A DNA stretch of 64,000 nt from Sphaerodactylus townsendi (taxonomy: Eukaryota). The stretch covers positions 110,546,001-110,610,000 of the forward strand of contig NC_059430.1 in the NCBI RefSeq assembly GCF_021028975.2, in the 5' to 3' direction. A model generated the notes under the pieces. It was not told the origin of the DNA, did not search any database, and worked only from the letters and a program-made list of their open reading frames with translations. Of the stretch, positions 12,701 to 25,800 are shown piece by piece. The position numbers were made by a program, and so were the translations under genes. Each line of letters opens with the position of its first letter. The first letter of the stretch is position 1.

Positions 12701-15700
12701 CTTGATTTGCCAGCTGATGGAAGGACACCTTTAGCTAACACTGGGAGCCACAAGTCAGGAAAAGATTTGTAAAGTTTGGGAGGAGTCAAATCCTCACCTG
12801 GGGACCTGCCAAAGGTTAATGATGTAATGAGACCTCTGATTCAGTAACTGGGGATCAGGGTGACAAGGTGGGTAAGTCATAAGAGAGGTTTGGCAATTCA
12901 TTCCGTTTCAAACTCCAATGAGAAAGGAAGATGGTTCATACTGAAATTCAAGTATCAATCCTTCCCCGAGATTTGGGCTTCCATTTGAAGAGGACATCTG
13001 TCAAACCCATACGAAATTACGTCCTCAAATCACACCCCTTTCTTTTTCTACCACCAAACCTTCTTCTACCACCCAAAATTTTTTTTTAAAGCCCTGCACA
13101 AAATGACAAAAATGAACAAGCAAGGGGGAAAGGAATGGGATACCTAGGGGAAAGCCGGGCAACAGCCCAGGGGCATGGAAAAATGTCAGGCTTTTTGGTA
13201 GGAAAGATAAAACATTTTAAGTATGACCGCACCGCAAGGGAAGCTAGCTTGGAAATGTTTCAGTGGAAAACATCATGCTAAAAGTGTAAAAGACGAATGA
13301 AACATTTCCAGCACCAATGGGGAAAACTGAAGTGTCCGAGGAGGAAATGTTTCATTATTGTTCTGGAAATGTTCTAAACAACTTGTGAGGAAAGAGCCAT
13401 TATTTCTAAAGCCTAAATGGAGTCTCAGAGGACAATGATCAGTCTTGGCTCTGTCGCCAACTTCAAAACAGATCACGAGGCACAACAATGGTGGTGAGAT
13501 TGCTATGTAATCAACAGCACTGGAAACTTTAGCAGATAGAAAAGTAAAAGAGCCTCCAGAGAAATCAAATCTAGTGCCATGCAGGATACACAGCTGATAA
13601 GGGGATAGTATTTTTAACGATTTTAGGCCTGATTTATGAATGACCAAAGAACAATGGAAAAAGCAGGCTTGCTCAGCAGCCGTGAAAGGGATCAGAAAAA
13701 CCGGAACCTAGCATTGAAATATTCACAAAGAACTAAACGAGAGTTTGGGAAACTGATGGCTAAGGATTTGAGAGTGGCAGAGTCGATTCCAAAACTTCTC
13801 CTGGTTCTGTGTCTTTAAAAGCTTAGGGGGGGATATCAACATTGACACGTATAAGAGAACCAATTGAGAATTCTTGTTCTCAAGAACAGCCTCCTGTATG
13901 CCCTTTGTGAAGAAGAAAAAGAAGAAGAGTTGGATTAATATCCCCCCTTCTCTCCTGTAAGGAGACTCAAAGGGGCTTACAAACTTCTTTCCCTTCCCCC
14001 CTCACAACAAACATTGTGTGAGGTAGGTGGGGCTGAGAGAGCTCAGAAGAACTGTGACTAGCCCAAGGTCACCCAGCCGGCATGTGTTGGAGTATACATG
14101 CTAATCTGAATTCCCCAGATAAGCCTCCATAGCTCAGGCAGCAGAGCAGGGAATCAAACCCGGTTCCTCCAGATTAGAGTACGCCTGCTCTCATTGTGCA
14201 TGGAGAGAAGAAAGCCTTGCAATCCTAGTCTCAGTTGTTGGGGAAACCACTGGCCAGTTGCTGAATTAGATGTCTGGCACATTCTGCTCCAGAAATGGGT
14301 TAATAACCACTGGACAAGATCTTCCTGTCACTCTGCTCTAACGAACATACCAAGCTGTAACCTTCCGAAATGGGCCAACAGTCCACCTAACTCAATATTA
14401 TCTATTCTGACTGGAAAGGTCTTGGGCACAGGAAAGTCTGTCTCGGTATCTTTTCCTCAAGATCCTTTAATTGGACATGTCAGGGATTGAACCGGAGACC
14501 TTTTGCATGCAAAGCATCCATTTTACCACTGAACTAAAGCTTCTTTCCCCCAGAAATATCCCTTTTAACTGGACATTTCCATATTTATCTCTGGCTGACA
14601 TGGCCCAAGGACTGGAACATAGCTGAAAAATTACCAAAAATTATGCAGCTAGAGGCCACCCCGTCCCGCACAATATTTTGATATAAAAGGGCAAGATCTA
14701 TTTTGCACTACAACTGTTACTATTATTAATAGCAGGTGCAATATTAACAATATTATTATGGTATTGTACATACAGAAAATTACTTGGATGCCCTTCTTGC
14801 AGAATTACATTCTAAAGCAAAGATAAGGCATAAAGCAGGAAATTGAAAATAGGAGATGAACTGGAAAAAAAACAGAGCGGAGAAGTAAAAAAGCCCAGAC
14901 TGTTCTTTAAATAAAGAACCTGACAATTTCCCTGGCTTCCAATTTACCCAAAAGGGAAGGGAAACTTCACATTAAGAGTATTTTTGTCCACAAAGGGGTC
15001 TCCCCACCATCTTTTTGTACCTTGGCAAGTATGGGTGTTCTTCCTAAAGCCCTCCACCCCCCAAAATTATACACCTGTTCCTGTTTGCTGGCCACCCAAC
15101 AAAGAATACAGTTTCCCTTTTCAACATGCCCAGACCCCCTGCTGTCTACCAGATGTAAAATGACTCTTGAACATTTCTAAGAGCCCACTTCTCATGAGCC
15201 CCGAGGCCAGAGAAAACCATTCTTTTTAAAAAGCTGTACCAGTGGAAAGGACTGATCCAGTTTTTATTCTCTTTGTTGTTGTTTTTATTTAATGATATGT
15301 ATTTAGCTGCTCTGACCTGGATGGCTCAGGCTAGCCTGATCTTTTCAGATCTTGGAAGCTAAGCAGGATCGGCCCTGGTAAGTATTTGGATGGGAGACCA
15401 ACAAAAGTCTCAAGCTGGCAAACCACCTGCAAACATCTCTTGCCTTGAAAACCCTACAGGTTGCTGTAAGTTTCTGTGACTTCATGGCACTTTCCATCAC
15501 CATATATTTAACCGTGAGCTGCTTTGTGTTGTTTACAGAACAGCAAAGTGTGACATCAATACCTGTACTAAGTAAAACAATCAAACAAAAAACATCAAAA
15601 CAACTTCAGCGTTTTAGAAATGAGAAGGGCTCATTTGCCACATGAGATGAGTTCTCAAAATGCAAATCCATACAGTGTGGAAAGTGGCATTACAAACACT

Positions 15701-18700
15701 TTCTGTATTCAGCCAGTAACAGTAAGGCTTAAAACAACCAGACTTATTTTTAATCCCATGGATGGGAGCAACGCATGGTATGTCTGAAATACAGGGTGTT
15801 GGAAAGTGTCTTCAAGCTGCAGCTAACTTATGGCAACCCTGTAAGTGTTCAAGGCAAGTGATGAACCAAAAAGGTTTGTTGCTGCCTGCCTCTGTGTAGC
15901 AACTCTGGACTACTTTGGCAATCTCCCATCCAAGTACTAACCAAGGCCTACCCTGTTCCAAAATAGGATGAGATCGAGTCAGCATAAAACGTGTAAATCA
16001 GGGCCTGAAATATGGAACCTGTAAACATGACCTCAGAATTACCCCTCAGCAAATTCTCCTGTCCCTGATAGACTGTCTAGCAGTTATCAAAGTGAGCTGG
16101 ACAGGGTAAAAAACAGAAGGTTGCTCCAAGTTCTCCAAATAGGCAACCTGTCCAGGAAGAGAGCAGTTCTGAAAAGACACTCACCTATCTCTGACCACAT
16201 TTATTGTTTTGATACCCTTGGCTGCAGCAATCTGGATGACAGCCTGTCCCACTCCGCTATTGGCTGCATTTTGGATGACAGAATCTCCTGCAGACAAAAA
16301 GATGCGGCTCTAGCTTTAAACTCGGTTGTTATCTTTCATTCTCAAAACAGCTGTGGAAGATGAGAAAGAAGGGGCAGCCGCATCAGCCCTAACACCAACT
16401 CATCAGTGTCCTTTATTCCTTATTGGAAGGGCCTGCTCTAAAAGTGGGGAAGTAGTTTGGTCGCCCTGTTGCTGCACCAAGGAAAAAGCAACTTAGCACT
16501 TGAGTGTTGTAGGGTTTCCGGGCTGTATGGCCATATTCCAGCAGCAATTTCTCCTGATATTTCACCTGGATCTGTGGCTGGCATCTTCAGAGGATCCAGT
16601 CACATTTTCTGGCTGGATCCAGTGGGGTTTCTGGGCCTCACAACAAAAACCCCATAGATTCCAGCCGTGAAAGGCTTTGACAATGACTTGGCTCTTGTTA
16701 GTGGTGTGGCAGAGCTGACTGTTAGCGTGGATGCTGAGGTTCAAACGATCACTGATCGGTAACAAACGAAAAAGAACCCACTGGTGTATATGAGGGGTTG
16801 AACGGACAAGAAGAAGAGCTGGTTTTTATACTGTTTTTTTCTCAACCTTTTCAAGGGATCTCAAAGAGGCTTACAAACTCCTTCCCTTCCTCTCCCCACA
16901 ACAGACATCTTGTGAGGCAGGTAGGTGGGGCTGAGAGAATTTGGAGAGAACTGTTGCGGGCCCAAGGCCACCCAGCAGGCTTCTTGCGGAGGAGCAGGGA
17001 AAACAAACCTGGTTCACCACATTAGAGTCTGCTGCTCATGCGGCGGAGTAGGGAATCAAACCTTGTTCTCCAGATTAGAGTCTGCTGCTCTTAACCACTA
17101 CACCATGCTGGTCTGCCCTTAATTTAGCAACCCTGGACATCCTTGGTGATCTCTTATCAAAGTACTAACCAAGGCCTACCTCTGCTTAGCTTCCTAGATT
17201 TGATAAGATTGGGCTAAGCTGGGCTATTCAGGCTGCAGGTAAGAATAAAACTGTCGTCAATTCCTCTCCATTCCTGGCTATCAAAAGTCACTTGAGTGGG
17301 GTGCAGGGTGGGGAATCCTGCACCACATGTGGAAGAAGCTAGATTTAGAAAGCCTTTTCCTTGGGATGGGGTGACTGAGTCACAGCCAAGAAGCAGCCAC
17401 CAAGAGTCAACAAGGAGGGAGAACCGATGCTGTCCAAGTCATCTGTACTCCCAATTCTTCCCATCTTCTGTACTGAAAGTCTAGCATTTCCATCCCCGTA
17501 AAACGAGAATGGATGCTGACTTTGTGCAACCCAACAGGTGGAGGTGAAGGAGAGGCAGAAGCCCCATCTGTAATAATAAGCTGAGTGCTCTGTGTCTAAG
17601 GAACCTCACGGAGGGAGGACCGGTCATTCTGGAAGCCAGCACATAATGATCGCCAGTGCTCCTTCTCGGCATCAGCCTGTGCCTCAAGGGTTCCTGTCTA
17701 ATACGGCAGCTCTGCTGAGCCAGAATTATGTTGTTATGAGCAACTCTCCCTTCTCTCTCCCTTAAACTAAAACCATCAGTTCTTTTTGTCACTGAATGCT
17801 TCCGCTGTAGCTACACGGGCACCCAAGTAACAAATCAACCGTTCATTCTCGTCCCCAAGGCTAGAGAAAAATAATACTTGGCCGAGGATGTGCTAAAAAA
17901 ATGAGTCATTGCTTATATGAACACTACAGAGTAAACTGTCAAATACATACCTGGCTTCAAGGTCTCAAAATCAGACAGCATCCGAAAAGCAGTGCAGGGG
18001 TTGACACTCAAGGTGGCTGCGGATACCAGTGGGATATCTGGGGGCATTTTCAAAAGCTTTTCCTCCTTGAACACTGCCTCTGTTTGCCAAGTCCCTGCAG
18101 CACAGGGGAAGCACAAGTCAGATGAAGAAGCTGCTGTTAGCTAACCAGTTTCATATCTACAGTTCAAGGTTTTTTAGAAGTCTTAAAAAAACACGTTAAG
18201 GGCTCCAGAGATTTTTAAAAAATCATACATGGCAACAATAGTAATTTGCTTGATGTTACTTTCACTGTCTTTAGATGGGTTAATAAAGACTTCAGCTTTG
18301 CTTAAGACCTAAATATCTCACTTGGGACCATTCTGTAGGATGCTTTTGACCAGGATCTTGGTCTCCAATCTCTCTTTTACTCTTCTAAGTCTGGCTTGGC
18401 ATGAGATGGCAAATGCAAAGTTTTGTCCAGTAATCTGGAATCACTCCCTTCCTCTAAAACAGAGGTATGCAACCTGCCGCTCTCCAGATGTTCATGGCCA
18501 ATTGGCCATGCTGGCAGGGGCTGATGGGATTTGTAGTCCATGAACATCTGGAGAGCCGCAGGGTGCAGATCCCTGCTCTTAAAGAGTTCAGAGCACACAT
18601 CATCTGATGCTAGAGAGCACAGCATGGGTAGTGGTTAACAACGGCAGATTTTAATCTGGAGATCCCGGTTCGATTCCCCATTCTTCCATGTGAAGCCTGC

Positions 18701-19767
18701 TGGGTGACCTTGGACTAGTCACAGTTCTCTCAGAACAGCCCCACCAACTTCACAAGGTGCCCATTGTGGGGAAAGGAAGGGAATGTGATTGTAAGACACT
18801 TTGAAGTAGAAAAAAGTGGAGGATAAAAACCTACTCTTCTGATCAGAACAGCCCTGTGAGGTAGGTGAAGCTGAGGTAATATTGGTAATATGGAAGAAGC
18901 TAGAATGAGCAAAACACAGCTGCTTTGCCTCTGATAGCAGTAACAATAAATATGCTACCCCAGGTATCTTTCACGCTCTTCACAATTTCACCTCTCCAGA
19001 ATGAAGAATCTGCTCGCGTGAGCTCATTTTGATAGTTCAGGCATTAGTGTGAGAGATAGCAAGCAAAGGTTTGGGGTCTCAGAGATCAAGCCTAGATTCT
19101 CAGATCTGCAGCCTCGTTTCTGAATCTGCTGGAAAAAACGGTTTTCATCAGAGCAAGAAGGGTATGCTGCTATCCACAGCCACTGTTCCTTAGAATAATG
19201 CACATGTTCACATTTGGAAACAGTTGCAAGTCAGACATCACCATAAATGTGGTGATCAACCTGCCTGTTAGTTGCGTTGTCTAAATGCAGATAGCCCAAA
19301 ACTGGGGTTTGCTGGCTGGCAACAAATTTGAGGTTTTGCTGGCTGGCCACACACCCAGGTTGTAAGGAAGCATCCTGAGCTGATTTGTGAACATATTCAC
19401 TGTAGTCTGCTGCAACATCTGCAAGGCCACACCTCCTCCTGCCTATATTTTAGCCATAATCTTACATTGCAGACCCTTAAGAGAGGGAATAATGTTTTAA
19501 TATTTGGTTCCTACAGACTGGCTAGAAGGGACAGGAAGCAACCACCATGCTAAAGGTAAGGGGACCTATGTCTGGATGAAACCACAGAAATCTAGTGTGG
19601 TGCAGTGGTTACAGTGTTAGACTGGGATCTGGGAGAGCCAGGTTCAAATCCCCTCTGTGCCACGGAAGTCTGCTGGCTTCCTCCCATTCTCACCCTGACC
19701 AATTCTTTGGGTACCTGTGCTGATAAAATGGTGGAGAGGAGAATGACACATGCTGATTGGACCACAC

Positions 19768-19804
<37 letters not shown>

Positions 19805-22800
19805 TTTCCTGCTTTTCCCCCAGTTGGGTAAGAATATTGTTCTCCACTCTGTTTCCACACAACAACCACCCTATGAAGAAACCCAGGTTGAGAATACATG
19901 CCAGGCCCACTGGGAGGAAAGGCAGGGCAGAAATGAAGTGAGTTAAATTTTAAAAAATGTGCAAGACTGTGTTGTGTCATATCATGGAAGGGCAGAATAG
20001 TGAACTCCCACATCTTGCAGCACGGCAGAAGCAAAGGTTGGTCAGTTCCATGAGTACTAGGTTCAAGTAATTTGCCTGAAGAATAATAGTTTGGAATTCT
20101 ACACCACCTTTCTCTTCTGTAAGGAGACTCAAGGCAGCTTACAAACGTCTTTTCCTACCTCTCCCCACAACAGACACCTTGTGAGGTAGGTGGGGCTGAG
20201 AGAGTTCTAAGAGAATTATGGCTAGCCATAATTCACCCATAATTCACCCAGCCATAAGTCACCCAGCAGGCTTCCTGTGTAGGGAGTGGAGAAAAAATCT
20301 GGTTCACCAGATAAGAATTCGCTGCTAATGGGGAAGAGTGGAGAATCAAACCTGGTTCTCCAGATTATAGTCCACCTGCTCTTAACCACGACACCATGCT
20401 GACCACTGCAAGGCTGCCCAAGAATTGCAGGTCTCCTATGCAGGTCTCCAAGAGTCAAATCCATCCACCAAAGAACACTGCCTCTCTCTCCCTTATCATT
20501 GTGTTCTCAATTGATGGACAAGATAAAGAGGTTCCTAACGTTCTTTCTGAGAACTTCAAGCTAAAGTTGAAGGTGACCCACTAGCTCTTAGAAACCTTTC
20601 AAGATGGGTTACACTGGGGAAAAGAAGGGACATTCCTAAGTGGGAACAGGTAAAGAACAGGTTATGGCCATTAAAGGGTACATTTCCTTTTCTTTTCAAC
20701 TTACCTGTAGGGAAGACATTCCAATTCATTTTTGATTTTGCTTTAAGTAAGAAGAAGAGTTTGGATTTATACCCCAACTTTTCTCTCCTGTAAGAAGACT
20801 CAAGGTGGCTTACAAGCTCCTTTCCCTTCCTCACCACAACAGACACCTTGTGAGGTAGGTGGGGCTGAGAAAGTCCTAAGAGTACTGTGACTAGCCCAAG
20901 GTCACCGAGCAGGAATGTAAGAGTGCGGAAACACATTTGGTTCACCATAAGCTTCTGCCACTCAGGTGGAAGAGTGGGGAATCAAATCCGGTTCTCCAGA
21001 TTAGAATCTACCTGCTCTTAACTATACTATGCTGGCTCTCCATTTTTAATCTTTTATTTAAAACTTTTTCAAAAAAATTAATTCAACTTACCAAGTCCTG
21101 CATCTGCCGGGATCACCAAGTCACCAGGCTTTAGCGAGGTCACGCCAATGCCAGTTTTCTCCACTCGCCCAACTCCTTCATTCCCCCCAACTGCAGGTAA
21201 GTCTGGGAGAACAGCATACAACCCTGCAACACAATCAGGACTAGATTACTCTTTCCACTTTCACCCTTCTGCCGGGATGGAGTCTGAAATCTCCCTCTCC
21301 GTTTGGGCTTCACTGGCCCAAAGTCACTCTGTTAAACTTCAATGGCTGATTGGGAATATGGAGGTAGGTCTTCATCCTAGAACAGCCACTGCACTCTGAG
21401 ATACATTCATGAGTGGACCTCGTAGATAGGGACTTTGCTGCTTCTGCAAACTGCTGCTCATGCATTCTTCCCTTGACTGCCTTCCCCTCCCCCCCAAAAG
21501 CCCTCTTGTTCTAGGGCCACAAGACAGCATAAAGGCAAAGTGGAGCAGCTGCAGTGGGAGGGGAGAATCCACAGAAACTGCCAGCCCATCTTCCACAATC
21601 TTCAGAACTGGATGGATGGATACATACAGTAATTATTTAAAAATTACACATCTTGGCCAACATCACTTAACAGCTTATGTGGAAGTGAAAAGTGCCATCA
21701 AGTTGCTCTCATAGAATCATGGGCTGTTTCTGCACAGCCAAGGGAGAGAGCCTGCATCGGCATTAATCATGCCGATGCAGGCTCTGGGGCCGTTTGCACA
21801 AACGGCCCCATGGGATGCGCAGCTGTGGGAGCAAGCTCCACACAGCCGCATTTCCCCCTCCCCAGCCCCAAATGCCTCCTTACCTTCTGCTGGCAGCCAT
21901 CGCTCTGTCGTCACTCTGAGGAGGGAAGGGGACACGCCCCCATGGCCAGAGAGACGGCTGAAGCACCGGAGGTCAGGGGGCGTGTCCCCTTCCTTCCTCA
22001 GAATGATGACAGAGCGACGGCTGCCAGCAGAAGGTAAGGAGGCGTTTGGGGCTGGGGAGGGGAGGGGAAAATGCCGGCTTCCACCCGCTGCTGTTCGCAT
22101 GGCAGCGGATGGAAGCCAGTGTTTGCAGGAAAACTCTCTCCCCAAGCGAGTTTCGAAAAACCATTTTGGCAGGCACAGAGCGCTGCTGCATCGATTTGAC
22201 AGCGGCACCTGTGCGAAGGCTCCCCGCCAAAATGGTGTTTTACAGGGGTGAAACCGTTGCGTTCAGCCTGTGCAGAAACCGCCATAGAGTTGGAAGAGAC
22301 CACAAGGGTCATCAAGTCCAACCCCCTGCAATGCAGGAACACAAAATCAAAGCACTCCCGACATATGCTGATCCAGCCTTTGTTTAAAAACTTCCAAAGA
22401 AGGAGACTCCACCACTCTTTGAGGCAGTGAATTCCACTGTCGAACAGTGGAACTCTCAACTTACGGAGACTCTAGGGTTTCCAAGGTAAGAGACATTAGG
22501 AAGTGGTTTGCCATTGCCTGCCTCTATGTAGCAACCTGGTGGTTTCCCATCCAAGTACAAACCAGGACTGGCCCTGCTTAGCTAGCAAGTGCTGATGAGA
22601 TCAGGCTGGGTCATCCAGGTCAGGGCCACTTATACAGATACTCAAACAAACTGCAGATTTATTTGCTGCTGCTCTGTACTTTGCAGTCAAACATCCACTG
22701 CTTTTATATCCTCATCCTGTTTGCATCATTCACACCACTTGAGTAGTATGTTTGTACAATCTGTTGCAAATATTTTTAAAAGCAGCTTCTACAGCAAATC

Positions 22801-25800
22801 TTAGAAAAACTTTGGTTTCCAGAGAAGCAAAGTAGTTTTGCCAGTAAAACAGGGATGGCCAGGAACAAGAGTCACTTCTTACAAATCTGGTTGTGATCTC
22901 AGCTGCAACGGTGTTCAGCTTGGGCAAAGCATTTCTACGACCACATGGAACTGTGCAGTTTCACACAGAAATTTACTAACTTTATTAGCGGTCCACATTT
23001 CTCACGAAAGACTTAAAGACAAAATACTTGGTGGAATTCGTGGCCCTAGGTGGAATCTTTGGCATTCCTCAAAGGAACTTTGGTAGCAGAACTTTGTTGG
23101 GCAAATGGGTCTTTTTGACCAAGACACTGGAAAGCAGCTGCCAGAGTAAGAATATAAGAACATAAGAACAAGCCAGCTGGATCAGACCAGAGTCCATCTA
23201 GTCCAGCACTCTGCTACTCGCAGTGGCCCACCAGGTGCCTTTGGGAGCTCCCATGCAGGATGTGAAAGCAATGGCCTTCTGCTGCTGCTGCTGCTCCTGA
23301 GCACCTGGTCTGCTAAGGCATTTGCAATTTCAGATCAAGGAGGATCAAGATTGGTAGCCATAGATCGACTTCTTTTCCATAAATCTGTCCAAGCCCTTTT
23401 TAAAGCTATCCAGGTTAGTGGCCATCACCACCTCCTGTGGCACATAATCCAAACACCAATCACACACTGTGAAAAAATGTTTCCTTTTATTAGTCCTAAT
23501 TCTTCCCCCAGCATTTTCAAGTTGACAATACTAAGCTAAATGGAGTGATTATCAGACTAACTGAAAGACGATTCATATATAAATTGTTTACCTTGAATCA
23601 TATTGATGTCTGATGGATTGATAGGGGCTGCAAGCATTCTTACGTGGACACCAGAAGCTCCCAGCTCACTCAAACTGATGTCTTTTAACCTGGAAGGAAA
23701 AGCACACCAAAACACCAATATTATTTTGAAGGTTCTTTCTTCTATTCCCCCCCCCCAATACAGTGTTTCTCCAATATTTAATTGTTCAGTTGCTTCTTTG
23801 AGGAGGCACCACATGGAAATGCACGAAGCTGCTTTATAGAGAATCACACCATTGATTAATCCAGTGGTTCTCAACCTTCCTAATGCTGCGACACTTTAAT
23901 ACAGTTCCTCATGTTGTGGTGACCCCCAACCCTAACATTTATCCATTTTACAGATGGAGAACACTGATGCAGAGAGTCTTAGGCGACCCCTGTGTAAGGG
24001 TCATTCGACCCCCAAAGGAGTCCCGACCCCCAGATTGAGAACCACTGCATTAATCAATGGTCTACTCACCTGATCTCTCTAACTGGAAATTCTGATTGGG
24101 CAGGGGCCGTGGCTGAGTGGGAGGGCATCTGCTTGGTCTGCAGAAGATCCCAGGTTCACTACCCAGCCTCTCCACTTAAAAGGTGGGGTGAAAGCCCTTG
24201 AGCTGAGCTCTGGGACAGCCACTGCTATTCTGGGTAGACAACAGGCCACTGGTCTGATTCAGTAGAAGACAGCCTTGTGTATTTTGGGATTTGGATCTGG
24301 GCCCTTTTGCATGCTGAGCAGAGGCTCTATCACAGAGCCTTTAGCTCCTCCCCTTCAGCCAGCATCCTTCTACCTCAACCTGTCATGCAGAAGAAAACAA
24401 ATAGCTTATTTCTCGCATTATAGCTGCTGGCATTGACCTCCCATCTGAGAAATCACTTTCCTATATGACAAAGTGGACCTATAGGATGCCCACAGAGAAA
24501 CCTAAAAAGATGCCATCTGCTGTTCTTTTGATCCCAGTACAGACATTTTGCTGCCCTTCTCCTATTCACAAAGAAGTCTGGATTCCCTGTCTTTGTTTAC
24601 ACCAGGGCCCCTTCCACATGGGCCAATAAACCTGATCTGGGGACGGGGGGAAATCTGGTTGTGGTGGGGAAGGGGGGGGAACTTCACACGGCTCCTGCTC
24701 CTAAAGCGAGGCTGCCCCGTGTTAAGTCCCCTGAAACGGTTTTGTTGAGAATCGTGCTATCTGCAATTCTTTCTGTAAAACCCGGGTTGCAGCCATTCAT
24801 GAGCGAATGGCTGGCCGGGAAGTGCTTTCATTGGCCGCACTTCATATTGTTTTTAAAAGTCCCGCCTAGCAGCCGCGTAGCCACACAGGATCACAGGGAC
24901 GTCTCGTGTCAGCATGGCTGTGGGGATCCATGCCTGCCTGCCCAGTAGCTACGGAGTGGCAGGAGGTAAGTTAAAAAAAAGAGATGTGCCTCAATGCGAA
25001 GGTGCGACAGCTGACTACAACCTGCTCTGCCTGTGCTGTATGGAAGGGGTCCAAGAGTCCTCCCTGGTAGCTGAATGTGTTCAGCCACTGTTGAAACCAC
25101 TGCCTAGCCCCCTCCAAGAAACATTTTTATGAAATGCATCCACACAATGTACTACATCCCAATGAATTAGAACCATGCAATTTATTTTCCTAGTAGTTGT
25201 TTCGCAACCCCACACAATAGAGGAGGTTTCTTTTTCTTTCTTTCAGAGCTAGAGGTAAGACTGACAGGCTGAAACATCCGCAAAAGGACAAAATGGATTC
25301 TCAACACACACACACACACAATTGAAAAAGTTAGCTGGAGCCAATGAGGCATCTTCCAATGGCTTTGGAAAGTAATAATGAAAACGTCATCCCCCCCAAA
25401 GTTTATTTCGATTGTGACCCTGCTTTTCGGCACTCAAAGCAATTGACGGTAAGCCCGTAAAAATACAAATAACCTCGACAATATCATAACACTATAATGT
25501 GCTATAAAAGTGCAATAATATGGACATAAATACAGTGGGAGCGTATTAAAAAATTTAATCAGAATAATACATATTCAAAAGAAACAAACTTATATATTTA
25601 AAAGCAGCAACAGCAGGTTAAGACCACTCTACTCCTCAAGAGACTTGAGGAAAAGCTACCGGTGCTGAAGTTCTGGAAAACTGGGTTCAAATCCACAATT
25701 TGTCATGATGCTCAATGGGCAAACCTGGGTCTCTCTTCCTCCCCCTCTAACTCTACCTCACAGGGCTGTCATGAAGATCAAGAGGGAGATTATACATGCC

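Larger units (their letters stand above)
11540..13830 (-). mobile_element. Degenerate LINE ORF2 (APE endonuclease + RT; RTE-X-like), interrupted by SPIN and hAT MITEs
   Basis: Minus-strand motifs FTFLS...SAVDYIAIS (endonuclease), [35 protein letters not shown] (YADD-like), TKTKVVVF. Confidence 0.85.

Noticed and set aside
15312-15420. 5S rRNA gene
   Set aside because: Diverged, lacks proper 5S ends and continues into a SINE body; multiple decayed copies are present.
21717-22459. Overlapping 150-160 aa ORFs on both strands
   Set aside because: They arise from a GC-rich palindromic MITE plus a CR1 end; the mirrored peptides reflect the inverted repeat.
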